Shown: positions 33,170 through 44,940 of the stretch, one piece after another
How the letters are laid out: every line of letters starts with the position of its first letter
How positions within the stretch are numbered: the first letter of the stretch is position 1
Assembly: GCA_013265495.1 (NCBI GenBank)
Contig: MU057701.1
Span: 186,001 to 250,000, forward strand
From: Vicugna vicugna
Taxonomy: Eukaryota
Direction of reading: 5' to 3'
Length of the DNA stretch: 64,000 nucleotides
Position numbers and translations under genes: made by a program
Notes under the pieces: model-generated
The model's input: only the letters and a program-made list of their open reading frames with translations
Database searches by the model: none
Told to the model about the DNA's origin: nothing

Positions 33170-36100
33170 CCTGCTCCTCCCTGCTTTGTGAGAAAGGGAG
33201 AAGAGCGTCACCGAGTCTTCCCCCGACCAGGGCAGGGAGCGCTCCGTCGTCGTCCCAAGGCAGGGAATCAGCAATAGAACAGGAATGCGCAGGGGTGACC
33301 CTAGGACTGAGAACAGCCTGGGAGGGGCGTGGCCGCCCGGTCCAGGACAGAGGGGCGGGGCGCTGCTCCCCCCAAATGCGCGACACGGCGAGAGGTGCGT
33401 GTTGTAAGGATGGAATGCCTCTGGGGGCCGGGATTGGGTGCCCTGGGACTGTGGGGACCGCTCCCTCCGGGGGAGGGGCCCGGACGCCTCCAATGGCGAC
33501 ATGCGCCCGACTTAAGCGCCTCCCGCCCGCCCTGCTGCGGAACTTGAACTAACAGGTGGCTGTTCAGGGGCGATCTGATCCCAGCCAGGTTGTGGACGGG
33601 TCCGCCGCTTGGTCTTGGCTTTCAGATTGGAAAAGCGATGGGGGAAGCTGGCAGAACGTTCCTTTCAAAAATCCTTGGACAGCGTTTTCTCTTTTTCTCC
33701 AACCTTTCCCCGAGTGTTAACTCCGCCCCTCAGTTGTTCGGGAAGTTCTCCCACACACCTAGCCTTCCTTACTGCAGTTACAGCCTCTGCAAATAGTTGA
33801 GCGTGGTTGAATTTTCGTGGAGGTTGGAAGGGAGCTCTTAAAGAGATGGCCCCTTTTCTGGCCGCATGTGGAGTCATGTCAAAAGAGGCTTTGTGAAGCT
33901 GGCTGGGTTGGCTTGGTGAGGTTGAATTTGCCCCCTTCTTCTGCCCCCTAGATCATGCCTGTTCTCACCTGGAGGCCTGCCCCCTCTCTGCCCCCCGCCT
34001 TTGCTCCCAAGTGAGGAGGCTTTGCCCTTTGCAGTTTGGAGCTTAATGCCAGGGCTAAGTGGAGTCTTCCAGGAGCAAGAATGTGCAATCAATAGTTTAG
34101 GAAATACAGCCACACAAAGGATTGGTGGGCCGACAATCACATCCTCCTCTTTTCTTTTGAAAAACATCACTTTTGCTGTGCAGTTGCTAAGATCATGAAC
34201 ACCCACTCCTCTCATCTGGAGGATGTACCCACGTCACTACCTGCCACAGCACCTGAGTTAGACACAGAACAGGGGCTCCGGGGCCCTCCTGTTCTACCAC
34301 ACAGGCTCCACGGTGTTGTGTATGTGGTCCAGTAAGTCATGCCACTGTCATCAGCCTGACACACACGGGGACCCCAGGCCCTCCAGTTTCCCAGTTGAAA
34401 TTGGAACTAACTCTTCCACACCGGCAAGCCTGGCCTCTGCAGAGTGGCTCGAATGCCTCCTTTATTAATTTCTCATCCTAATTAGGATTGATGCTGCACT
34501 TAGCATCTTGCCAGCTGCCTCGAGCCGTTTGCACTCGATGTTCATCAAGAGAGCCCCAAGCTGATCTGGGCAGCTGGCTCCGCTGGCAGAGGGAGGGTGG
34601 GGAGTTGCCATCTGGGGGACTTCGCCGAAAGAACTGGGCTGCTTCTGTCACCCCCCACCACACACACACACCTAGAGCTCAGGGGTTCTGAGGGCCAACC
34701 CGGGCCACCTCCAAGGGCCAGAACATCCTCAGACCAACCCGGAGCTGGGAGAGCTGGATCCGGATTCCCTGTTGCACTAGAATCATCGTGACAGTCCCTC
34801 AGCCTGGGTGGAACCTGCCAGCTTATCTCATAAAAGCCCATCGCAGAGTCCAACAGCCGTCTGACATCTATGATGCTGCCACCTGCCAGCGAGCGTCCAG
34901 GCTGAGACCCGGACAGCACACACACCCCAGGCCGTTCCCTGGGGGCATGGCAACCTCAATATTGGCTTTTGTGTGTACGATGCATTATTTTCACCCGCTC
35001 TCTAACAAAGTACCCCAAAGCATTAGCTGGAAAAAGATGAAAAGATTAAACCTCTATGCTGAAGCTGAGGAAATACTGCAGCAGGCAGCTAATAAAGCAC
35101 CAGTTGTGACAGCGGGACGCTGAAGGGTTTGCTAGCAACTCACAAACAGCAGATCCAGTTTCTTTGGTTGTTTCCCATAAAGGATGTTGCGGGGTCAGGA
35201 GAGCCCAGCCCTCTATGTACTTAAGACCTCCACACAGTCTGGTAGGGCTGCGTGCAGAGAACTGCTCCTCCCAGCCTCACCAGGGCTGACATCACCTCAG
35301 CTTTTACTGCCCCCAAAGCCAGGTCTCCCCGCTGCCCCCCTAGTAGACAAGTGTGAGAATCCTCCAGGACACAGAGCCTGGTGAGTGTTACCGCACGGTG
35401 TGCTCACAACAGCCCTGAGAGGAAGCTGCCTTCCCCACCATCAGCAGCTGAAGAAACAGGCTCAGAGAAGGCAAGGCACCTGCCCAGAGGCTGCAGGGCC
35501 AGATTTGAGGCTCTGTCTCACTACAAAGCTCTTCCCACCATGTCATCCTGCCCTTCCCCAAACATCTTCTGGGTTGCCATTAAAAATAGAACCAAGTACT
35601 TGACTACCCAGTGGAGCCCAGCTCTGAGGGTGGCTTGCGGCAGTGTGAAGGCACTTAGAAGTGAGGCTGTACAACCCATACAGAAACTGCATAACACACG
35701 CTCTCTTCTTCTCTCTCTCTTCTTCCACCGTGTTCTGGACTAGCCTGTTGCCACCACAGTGAGCCATCTGCTCCTTCTGTCCTCTAGACCCCCACCTCCT
35801 TCTTTCTTTGTATCTTTGGTGACACTGAGCCCAAAGCTGGGGCCATGGGAAAGGAGGCATCAATCTTTGTGGACTTTCGATCAAAGTTACCACCAACCAA
35901 TGTTTGTTCAATATCGAATGCAGTTTGGAATTAGGCAAGGTAGAGAAGGTAGAAGCATTCTGGAGCATGCGCTATGTGTCAGGGACAGGAGACCTCATAC
36001 AGACATGGGAGGGGAGGAGGAGACCCTGCGCCCCAGGGTAGCAGCTCATATCAGCGTGCAAAGCCCCCACACCCATGTCAGCCCCGGAGTGTTCACCTGG

Positions 36101-37067
36101 GCTGCTGGACACCAGGGTCCACATGGGACCATCTCTGTGCTGCCATCTGGAGAGCTCTGGGTCTAGAATAAATGGTCCTGGCAAAATTCAGCCTAGGCAG
36201 CACCCCTCCCCTCCCATGTCCTCCATGCTCCCCAGCACACTCACAGTGCTCTCCGAGCCTTTGATGGCCCCGCCCCGTAGCTGCTCTGCCCTGGGCACTA
36301 ACTGGGAAAGGTTTAGAGATATTTTAGAGAGTGAGAGGGTCCTTTGCCCCAGTCATGCTCACCTCCCTTACCCGGGCAGCATCTCTCACACCAGCGTGCC
36401 CAGACTTTATCCACACCGCGGCACAGAGAAAGAGAAGTTATTACACTGCACCGTGAGGGTGGGGATGGAGAGGACCACCATCCGTGACTACCTCAGGGGC
36501 ACCTGCCCAGGTCCCCAGAGGTGGGGGTAGGGGCCCACTCTTCCAGCACACCTGGAACCCTTTCACACAGGTCCACTGGGAAGCCCTGCCTTAAACCACA
36601 CTCCCGACATAGGATCATTCAGGGATGTTTGGATCCAAATAACATCCTTTCCCCACTTGCTCCAGGCCAGGTACCGGGCTGGGTGCTTTTCCTGTCTGTG
36701 TTTGCTTTCATTTTCTCTTGCAATAACTCCCAGGCAGCCTGTCCAGTCAGGCTCAGGTGGGTGAGAGCAGAAAGCAGGCTTCCTTCCCACAGCTGCGAGC
36801 TTGCCAGCTGGTTACCTCACCCGCGGGCCCTCCTTTGCCCTCCCGAGTCGATCATAACAACCATCACTTATTGAAGACCTTCAAGCAGGACGTAGCATTC
36901 GTTCATGTAATTGCCAGCAAGTCTTCAAGGTAAATATTAATCACCTGCCTTTTCTAAGTGGAGAAAATGAGGCTTAAGAAGGCCACGGCTCCTGGCACCA
37001 GGGATGCTGTCCACTGTCTGTATCACAGTTGAGGTTGAACAGATTTGGGAGGGGGCAGGTGAGGGGT

Positions 37068-37424
37068 TGTCTTGGCTCAGTCTCCGTAATGAAACACGAT
37101 GGACTTGATGGCTTAAACAACAGACGTTATTTCTCACAGTTCTGGAGGCTGGAAGTCCAAGATCAAGGTGCTGGCCGGTTCAGTTCCTGGTGAGAGCTGC
37201 TTCCTGGCTTGCAAACGGATCCACCTGATCCCTGTGTCCACATGTGACAGAGAGCTAGCTCTCTGGTCTCTCCTTGAATGGACACTAATCCCATCCTGAA
37301 GGCCCCACCCTCGTGACCTCATCTAAATCTAGTCACCTCTCAAAGCCCCACCTGTGAATACCGCTGGAGAGTTAGAGCTTCAACATATGAATTTGGGAAG
37401 GACCTAAACATTCAGTCTATAACA
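37068..37424 (-). mobile_element. MLT1A-type MaLR solo LTR
   Basis: TGTCTTGGCTCAG...GGCTTAAACAACAGA...TTTCTCACAGTTCTGGAGGCTGGAAGTCCAAGATCAAGGTGC...CTTCAACATATGAATTTGGG...CATTCAGTCTATAACA. Confidence 0.9.
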
Positions 37425-38107
37425 GACGTTCTTCATTCCTGTCCCTGCTCTACGGCTGGTGCTCACTCTCTAATCATTCAGGAGGGGCCCTGGCAGTCCC
37501 TTCTCGTGTCTGCTTTGTCTCTTCACCCTCCTGTGTCCTTTACTCTTTTCTCTCTTCTTATAAGGAAAAACCAGCTGGAGCCAGCTGACTTAGTGAAGAG
37601 AAGCTGGGGATCTTGGTGGACCACAGTCTGACTTAATGGCCTCACTGCAGAGCCAGCTTTGGAGGAGCCCTATGTCAGGGGCTTCAGAAGGGCTCAGTAG
37701 GAAACCAACAGCTGTTTAAAATAAATCTCCTGTATCCATCTCCTTAGACAGCCAAAACTGTGGGGATTTCTGCACATAGTCCCAGAAGCACAGTCGGAAG
37801 GGGCCTCAGATGATCAGATCCAGAGTGTTGGAGAGCCTGGTGGGCCTCTGTCTCCTCATCTGAAAGTGGAGCCTGGTTGATCAGGAACATTCCTGCCACC
37901 ATTGACTTTCTGCCACACAAGCCCCTGCCAGAGAGCCCCCACCCACAGCCTCCAGGTTGAACAAGGTTCAGCGTGGCCTCAAAGTGGATTCATGGAAAGC
38001 TGGGTTCTCCAGCTGGAAGAGCCTTGGAGATTACTTAGTTCAGTGGCTCTCAACCTTTTCTCTGTTAAGACATACATATAAAGGATATGTCACCTGCCTA
38101 CTGGGCA

Positions 38108-38720
38108 TCCTTCATTCATTCATTCATTCATTCATTCATTCCCCCCGTGCATGCTCACTGAGCACCTGCTCTGTGTCAGACGTGTGGGGCTCTGAGTCAC
38201 AGGGGGCACAGAACAGACGTGGTCCCTGCTCTCTTGGAGCTGACATTCTAAGGGGGTAGCTGACACTTCCAGGTACTGATGAGTGTTTTGACAAAAACAG
38301 ACAGGGGGGTGTGCTGGGTGGCTGTTGGTCAAGAGGACAGGAAAGAGCTGTCAGAGGAAGGCTGGCGGGAGAGCTCCCAGGGAGAGGAAGAGGCCCTGAG
38401 GCAGGAAAGAACCTGGTGAGGATGGAGGAGCATGAGCGAAGAGCAGGGGTGGGCGGGGCTCCATCACTGCATAGGGGTCTGCAAGAGGCTTCCAGGTCAA
38501 GGTCAGGAGCCTGCTTTATTTGCTTCGTATTATGAGGGGTCAGTGCTTCTGGAGGGTTTTGGGCAGGAGAGTAAAGTGATCTGGTTTCTGTTTTCAGAAG
38601 ATCTGCTGGCTGCGCGTGGGGAGTGGAGATTCTGGAAGGCAGGGGAGGCCACCAGGAGACCAGTCTGGACATTGTTGCGGGTGCCCAGACTGGGAGGCTG
38701 GGGCCGAGTGGAGTGGAGTG
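38108..38720 (-). mobile_element. L2 LINE 3' portion with (TTCA)n tail
   Basis: (TTCA)n then CTGAGCACCTGCTCTGTGTCAGAC...GGAGGGTTTTGGGCAGGAGAGTAAAGTGATCTG. Confidence 0.8.
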
Positions 38721-38795
38721 CAACTCAGGAGAACCACAGTAACTCCTCATAGTCCAAGTGTGGTGGGTTCGTCACCACTGCCCCTCACGACAGGG

Positions 38796-39017
38796 CAGGA
38801 TTTCTCAACCTGGGTACCTTTGACACTTGGCGCTGGATCATTCTTTGTTGTGAAGGCTATCCTGTTTATTGCAGAAGGCTTCACAGCGTCTCCGGCCTTC
38901 ACCAGCTGGAAGCCAGTTACAGTGCCCCCCACCAAGTTATAGCGACCAAAAATACCTCCGGACTTTGCCAGATGTCTCCTGGGTGGGGCCAAATTGCCCC
39001 CCATGGAGAACCCCCTG
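38796..39017. mobile_element. MER20 hAT DNA transposon
   Basis: CAGGATTTCTCAACCTGGG...GGATCATTCTTTGTTGTG...GACCAAAAATACCTCCGGACTTTGCCAGATGTCTCCTGGG...GAGAACCCCCTG. Confidence 0.88.
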
Positions 39018-40254
39018 CTCTACGGGAAGCATCATTGAGGTCAAAGGCAAGGGCAGGTCTAATTCCTGGTAACTAATAAGAACTCCATTCATTTCTTTTT
39101 CCTTGGAGAAGACGCATGGACCGCCAGCGGGGGGCGGGGAGCATCTCTATTAAGGGGATGACCTGGCATCAGCTTTAGGAGGTATCAAGGGCGCCCAGTT
39201 CCATTCCTTTCTTAAAAGTAATGAATCGCCGGTGACCCAGCTCACCCTGCCTGTGACACCCCAGCATGTGTCCCCACGGGGATGGGAACTGCTGATGTGG
39301 CCTAATCCTCACACTCTGCAAGCAAAGGAACCTCAAAGCTGGACAGACAAAGCGACTTACTCAAGGTCACACGGCTGGTTAGTAAGAGCGGGGAGCAGAA
39401 GCAGGTGTGGGGGCTGCCTGGTTAGGGCTCTGCCCGCACAGCCTCCCCTCGGGCCGGCACCTGGGCGAAGGTTGGGCAACAGGCCACTGTAGCACGAGGT
39501 AGGCAGCCAGAAGTGCAGGAAGAGGAAGAAACTCATTTCCTCTGGGCCTTTTGCTGCCACAGCACGGTTAAGTCTCGAGCGTGTGTGCGCACGCTGGTTC
39601 TCCAGGGAACAGCTTGTAAATGAGAACAGACTGGTTCTCACCCCCAAGGATGGGCCAGGCAGGGCCTGCCTACGTCCACCCTCAAGTTCCCCCCACAGTT
39701 CTTACTCTTCACCCCCAGGGCGCTCTGGGAAGGACTGCATGAGACCATCTTTTCTGAGCTGCAAATCAGGACCTGGCACCAGACCAAGGACGTTTTTTCC
39801 TAATAGATCAATTTCTTCATATGAGAAACTTTTTGAAGCCGTGAACATGACATCACATGATTTTACTCTGTTTGTTTAGTTCTTCTTCCTCCAACCGAAA
39901 AAGAAAGGAAGGAAGGAAAGGACAAGATAAATTACGAAACAGGTGAGGGACTGGGATGGAAGTTAGAATGAAATAAGGAAAATAGATGACGGCTGAGTGC
40001 TGTCAGTGCATAAAACACCTGCTGTAAAGGCTGGCTGGGTTGTCGGAGGTGGGCTGCAGACTCGCCTCTGGGACGAAGAGGAGAACGTGCCCAGGGGTAA
40101 AGGCCACGGGGCACGTATAATAAAAGGAAATAATGGCTCAAGAGAAGCCACGCTGTTTCGGATACAGAGGCCTGGAAGAAATGTGCCCTGCATCTCCTTG
40201 TAGAAGGGACATTCTGTCCCATTAAGACGGACTCTGTTGAAAAGGCAGCATGAG

Positions 40255-40445
40255 ATGCAGGAAGGAGGCCAGGTTTGAGGGAGAGAAGACTTCAGTTCAA
40301 ATCCAAGTTTTGCAGGTAGCTGTGTAGCTTTGGGTAGGTTACTCAACTTCTCTGAGTTGTTTACGTGTCTGGAAGATGGAATAATGAGGCAGGGAACGTG
40401 GAAGTACCGAGCACACACTCACAGAGTAGGCGTTCCCCAAATGGT
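40255..40445 (+). mobile_element. MIR SINE
   Basis: GTTCAAATCC...TAGCTGTGTAGCTTTGGGTAGGTTACTCAACTTCTCTGAG. Confidence 0.75.
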
Positions 40446-41529
40446 GTGCTTGTTCTGAGAACCCTGGGTGGAACCGAGTCTGCCGGGGCCTCTTTATGCC
40501 CCCAGGCTCCTGGGTGGGGGCTGCAAGTCAGACGGAGAAGTTAGCTGCCAACTGCCCACACGTGGGGGATGTGAGGGTGGCCGTCCAGGCATAGGCTAGA
40601 CATCTTTGCCCCTTTGCATTTTGAGGGCTCCCTGATGCCCCTGCAGCATCAAGACGGGGCTGGGGTCCAGATGACCCTCCAAATGAAGCTCCAGGGTCTT
40701 TGCAAAGCAGATGGTGCCTCCTTTTGAAGACTCGAGGCTCCCTGCCGGCCCAAGGATGCAGGGTGTGACTTCACCCTTAGCCACGCCTGGCCTTGGCACC
40801 AGGCCCTCTCCTCTTCCTCCTCTTCCTCCTTCCCTCCCTCTTCCCTGGAGCCAGGATGGAGGCAGGGGAGCCGCCCTGCTGGGCTGCTGGAGCCAAGGAT
40901 GTGCTTGGGTCAGGAGAAGCCTCTGATTATTTTGCTCTGCAAAACGTCAGGATCTCTCCATCATCCCTCCTTCCACACATCCTCCCCTGAACTTCAATCT
41001 GTCCTTCAAGTCAACGTCCTCCATAAAGTCAACCCCAAGTCTGTCCTTGGACTCCTCAAGCATTTAGGTCCCCCAGTCACAAAGGGCCTTGGGCTGGAAA
41101 GGCCTTTGGACTTTAACTGGAGCTGCTCTCACCCCTCCCCCACCTATTCCTCCCCTCCCCCACCTCTGAGGTTGCAGACCCAAAGCAAAGCACCCCCCCC
41201 ACTACAGCATCCAGCCCTTCTGTGCCTCCGACCGTGCCAAGCCCACAGAGGCGGGGTGGCCAGCAAGTGCCGTCTGTGTGTCTCCCCACTCGCCTCAACC
41301 CCCACCCCGCCGCTGCCCCATCTCCAGAAGAGAGTATGGAAGGATCCAGGGGAGTTTCTGGACTCAAATTCAGCTCCAGAGCCTGGAAGAAAAACAAATA
41401 ATTAAACACTGTTAGCCTCCCTAGCTCACCTGCCGTCAGCCTCTCTGTCACCTCCTGGCCCTGGGGAAACAGACGGGCTGCGTGCTTGTGTCAACTCACT
41501 TTTGCCAACCCTTTTTAGTCCACATGGAA

Positions 41530-41770
41530 GTGGCAGCATCAGATATCTAGCACTGAAGTCATGTGGACCTGGCTTTGAGTCTAGACTGTGCCATTAATTG
41601 GCTGTGTGTCTTCAGGTAAATTACCCAACCTCTCTGAATTCCAGTTCCTTCATTGTAAAACGGGGGCATCATCATCGAATCAATCCTTGGCATTGTTGCA
41701 ACAAATATAAGAAAACACAGCAAAATAACCCTCATGGCACCTGGCATCTTGTAGATATTCAAGGTATGAT
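41530..41770 (+). mobile_element. MIR SINE
   Basis: GGCTGTGTGTCTTCAGGTAAATTACCCAACCTCTCTGAATTCCAGTTCCTTCATTGTAAAACGGGG. Confidence 0.75.
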
Positions 41771-42339
41771 TGCCTTCTCTCTATTTCCATATTTCCTGAA
41801 ACTTGGAAGTTTTCCCAGAACAAGTAAGTCAGCCAACCTTTGCCGTTGAGCTGAGTGAGGCCCCAGGTCAGCTCACAGGCCTCCAAGGTCTGGGAATGGG
41901 AGAAGCTGAGCATCCCTGGGGATGTTCAAGCCGGTGTAGAACGCAGCACTGTTTCATCACCTCTCAAAGGCAGAGCTGCTCTGAATGGCTTCTGGGAACC
42001 ATAAAATCAGAACCTGAGGGTTCTCAGTTAAGAGTTGAAATAGGGTCTGGCATCAAGGCAGCGCCCAGGGTGGTGATGGCAGCCACCCAGGCACTCATCC
42101 CCTCATCCCATTCCTGGTAGGCACAGAGACTACAGCTGTGAACTCCAGTGTCGAGGATAAAGGAGAACGGGGAGCTGAGTGTGGAAACATCAGGGTGGGA
42201 GTCAGGAGACCTGTGGTCTGGTCCTAATTCTGCCACTAACCATCTGCACAATCTTCTGCATATACCTTAGCCTCCTAGAGCCTCTGATTAGCTGTCAGAT
42301 TGGTAAATGATACCTGTCTTTCCCCACATCCTTGTCTCA

Positions 42340-42622
42340 TCCTTCCCTCTGTCCTTCCCTCCTTCCTTCCCTCATTCCTCCCTCCTTCCTTCCCTCATTC
42401 CTCCCTCCATCCTTCCCTCCTTCCCTTCCTCCATCCTTCCCTCCATCTTTCCTACATTTTCCTCCATCCTTCCCTCATTCTCCCTCCTCTCTACCTCCAT
42501 CTCCCTCTTTCTTCCATCCTTCCCCTCTCCTTTCTGCCTCTATCCCCCTATCCATCCCTTCCTCCCTCCATCTTTTCTTCCTCCTCTTTCCTCCATCCTT
42601 GCCATGTCCTCCTCCTCCCTCC
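42340..42622 (+). repeat. CT-rich low-complexity polypyrimidine tract
   Basis: Degenerate CCATCCTTCCCT/CCTT units, almost no G. Confidence 0.9.
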
Positions 42623-42829
42623 CAGGGTTGTGTGAATATCCGATGAGAGGATACTTGGCAAAGTACTGTGGAAAACAGCGTGGCTGTGCTCTCATAGAGG
42701 CACTGCAGAGGGGATAGGACTTCAGGCTCATTTTCTTAGAAACACTTGGCTTGGCCCCCTTCACCCTGACACCTCAGGTAGCCTGAGGTAGCCTCAGCCA
42801 TTGCTTTCACTTTTGCTGGTTAGTGTGTT

Positions 42830-43270
42830 CTCACCTCGCCAGAATCATCCCATTGCCTCTCCCACAGCCTGCTTTGTGCCCAGCACAGTGCTGGCCACCA
42901 CAGAGACAAGACTAATAACCCCTTTCCTGTGACATCCTGGCGTGATTCCTTAGAGCCCTCCGCAGACCTGCCGGCTTTCCCTCCACCTGGATCCCAGCCT
43001 CTGTCATCTCTCGCCTGGATGCCCCAAGTAGTGGGCATCCCCACTGACCGGTGTTCCCACTGTCCCTCCTGCCCACCCCCTTGCTAGCCCTTCTTCACAC
43101 ACAGCCAGAAAGATCTTATAAAAGTGTATATCAGATCATGTCACTCCCCAGCTCGATACCCATCAATGGGACCACATCCCACTTGGGATAAAGTCAGGCT
43201 CGTTCCCTGATCTTTGAAGCCCTGCAGATCTAGCCCCACACACCTCTCTGTCATCTCCCACTGGGGGCTT
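42830..43270 (+). mobile_element. L2 LINE remnant
   Basis: TCATCTCTCGCCTGGA...CACACAGCCAGAAAGATCTTATAAAAGTGTATATCAGATCATGTCACTCCCCAGCT. Confidence 0.7.
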
Positions 43271-43349
43271 CCCTGTCCAGGAGGGAGTCAGGGAAGGTGA
43301 TCGCTGAACTAAGTCCATGTGATGGTTAATAGGACCGGGGTTGGGGGTG

Positions 43350-43480
43350 GGAATGGGGGTCAAAGAAACCTGCATTTGCAACCTACCCTGAATTAGCTCT
43401 GTGACCTTGGGCGAATTCCTTCGTTTCTCTGAGCCTCTGTTTCTCATCTGTAAGATGGAGATATTATGGTAGACACCCCA
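43350..43480 (+). mobile_element. MIR SINE
   Basis: TAGCTCTGTGACCTTGGGCGAATT...TCTCTGAGCCTCTGTTTCTCATCTGTAAGATGG. Confidence 0.8.
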
Positions 43481-43990
43481 TGGCGGTGAGCCATTCCCCA
43501 AGACACAGAACCAAGGAGGAGTGTCCTGGGGGTGGGGAGTTACAAGAGAGCTTGGCTTTGGATGGGCTGAGTGACAGCGCTGGGAGACCCCTCTCTCTAC
43601 AGGGCAGAGGCAGGGCTGGCCTGCAGACACGGATGTGGGGGTCGCCTGCTGGCTGGGTGGAGACAGCTCCCCTTGTGAGGAGATGTCAGGCTGGACCATT
43701 GAACCCTGCTGCCTCTGGTTCCCCAACAGGATGAACGGCACTGTGGCATTTGTCTTTTCTGAACCAAAATTCTACACAAAAGAGCATAGGACAGATTTTC
43801 TCGTGTTGTTGTAGATATGAGAGGCAATATAGGAGGTGTTACTGAGATCTTGAAGTGTTGACATGCTTAGTTTTGGTGGCGAGATGGCAGAGGAGGAGGC
43901 AGGGGATGCAGAAAATTTTAAATCAAGACTGCCCTAGAAAAATCCAGATCTGAGTAATAATAGGTCATGTGAAAAAATGATTGGTGTCCC

Positions 43991-44131
43991 CAGGGCTGTA
44001 TTCATGCACATTACACATCATTTAATGCTCTGCTGTCACCATCTTGAAAATCTTCATCATTTTTGAACAAGGGGACCCATGTTTTTTATTTTGCACAGGA
44101 CTGGACCCTCAAAATTACATAGCCAGGCCTG
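43991..44131. mobile_element. MER45A-like hAT-Tip100 DNA transposon
   Basis: CAGGGCTG...AATGCTCTGCTGTCACCATCTTGAAAAT...TTTTTGAACAAGGGGACC...ATTTTGCAC...AAATTACATAGCCAGGCCTG. Confidence 0.75.
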
Positions 44132-44719
44132 GGTGTCCTGTTCTATCCTGAGAAAAGACTTTGATTGGAGGAAGGATGGGGCAGGGGTAGCTGGAACTGG
44201 AGGGGAGGTGATACTGGAGGGTCCTGAGTGCACAGAAATTGGTGGCTGGGGTAGGGAACAGAGGTGGGTGCTGGAACCATCTCATTTTCTCCGAGGGCCA
44301 CCACAACCAGTATGCAGGGCCTGGGGCTGCCTTGGAGATGGAGAGCAATGTTACTTAAAACTCCGTCACTCTGTTAGCATTTATGGGCCGCCTGCTGAGT
44401 GCCTGGCTTCGTGCTGGGCCCTGTGGGTACAGAGAGGTCTTGGGGAACTTACTCTCTGGTTCTGGGGAACCTGCAGGAGAAAAGACACACAGCAGAATCC
44501 AGTGCAGGGTGCGGGCAGAGCATCAGAACACATCTGGATGTCAGGGCCTCCTCCTGGGGGCTCTAACAAGGCCTGTCTCTTTGGGTCTTGGGAAATGGGA
44601 AATGCACGCGGGACTCCACGTACATCTGCCCCCGGATAGACTTGAATACACAGCAGCTGTTATGAGTGGCGTCTTGGGGCGGGGTGGGGAGGGGGGGACA
44701 TGGCGGTGGCTGTGGTGGT

Positions 44720-44940
44720 GGAGGGCCCCAATCCCGGAGCGAATTAGGGTTTGAGTCCAGGCTCTGTCTCCTACTAACTGTGAGACCTCCAACCAGCCAG
44801 TTCACCTTCTTTGAGCCTCAGTTGCTTTCTCTGCAAAATGGGTGTGTTAGCAACACCTACCAGATTTGCTGGCAGGAGCCGAGGCGAGCTGTGTCAGCAT
44901 CTGGCTTGGGGCTGGAGCACGGTGCCCGAAGCCTGGTGGC
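44720..44940 (+). mobile_element. MIR SINE
   Basis: GGGTTTGAGTCCAGGCTCTG...ACTAACTGTGAGACCT...TTGAGCCTCAGTT...CTGCAAAATGGG. Confidence 0.75.

Larger units (their letters stand above)
31640..33560. promoter_or_regulatory. CpG island / CACNG4 promoter and 5' UTR
   Basis: Very high GC and CpG density, multiple GGGCGG GC boxes, no TATA box evident, surrounds the first coding exon. Confidence 0.9.

Noticed and set aside
38108..38141. (TTCA)n arrays here and at about 16068, 51146, 51811 and 57983 as a repeat system
   Set aside because: These are ordinary L2 3' tails.
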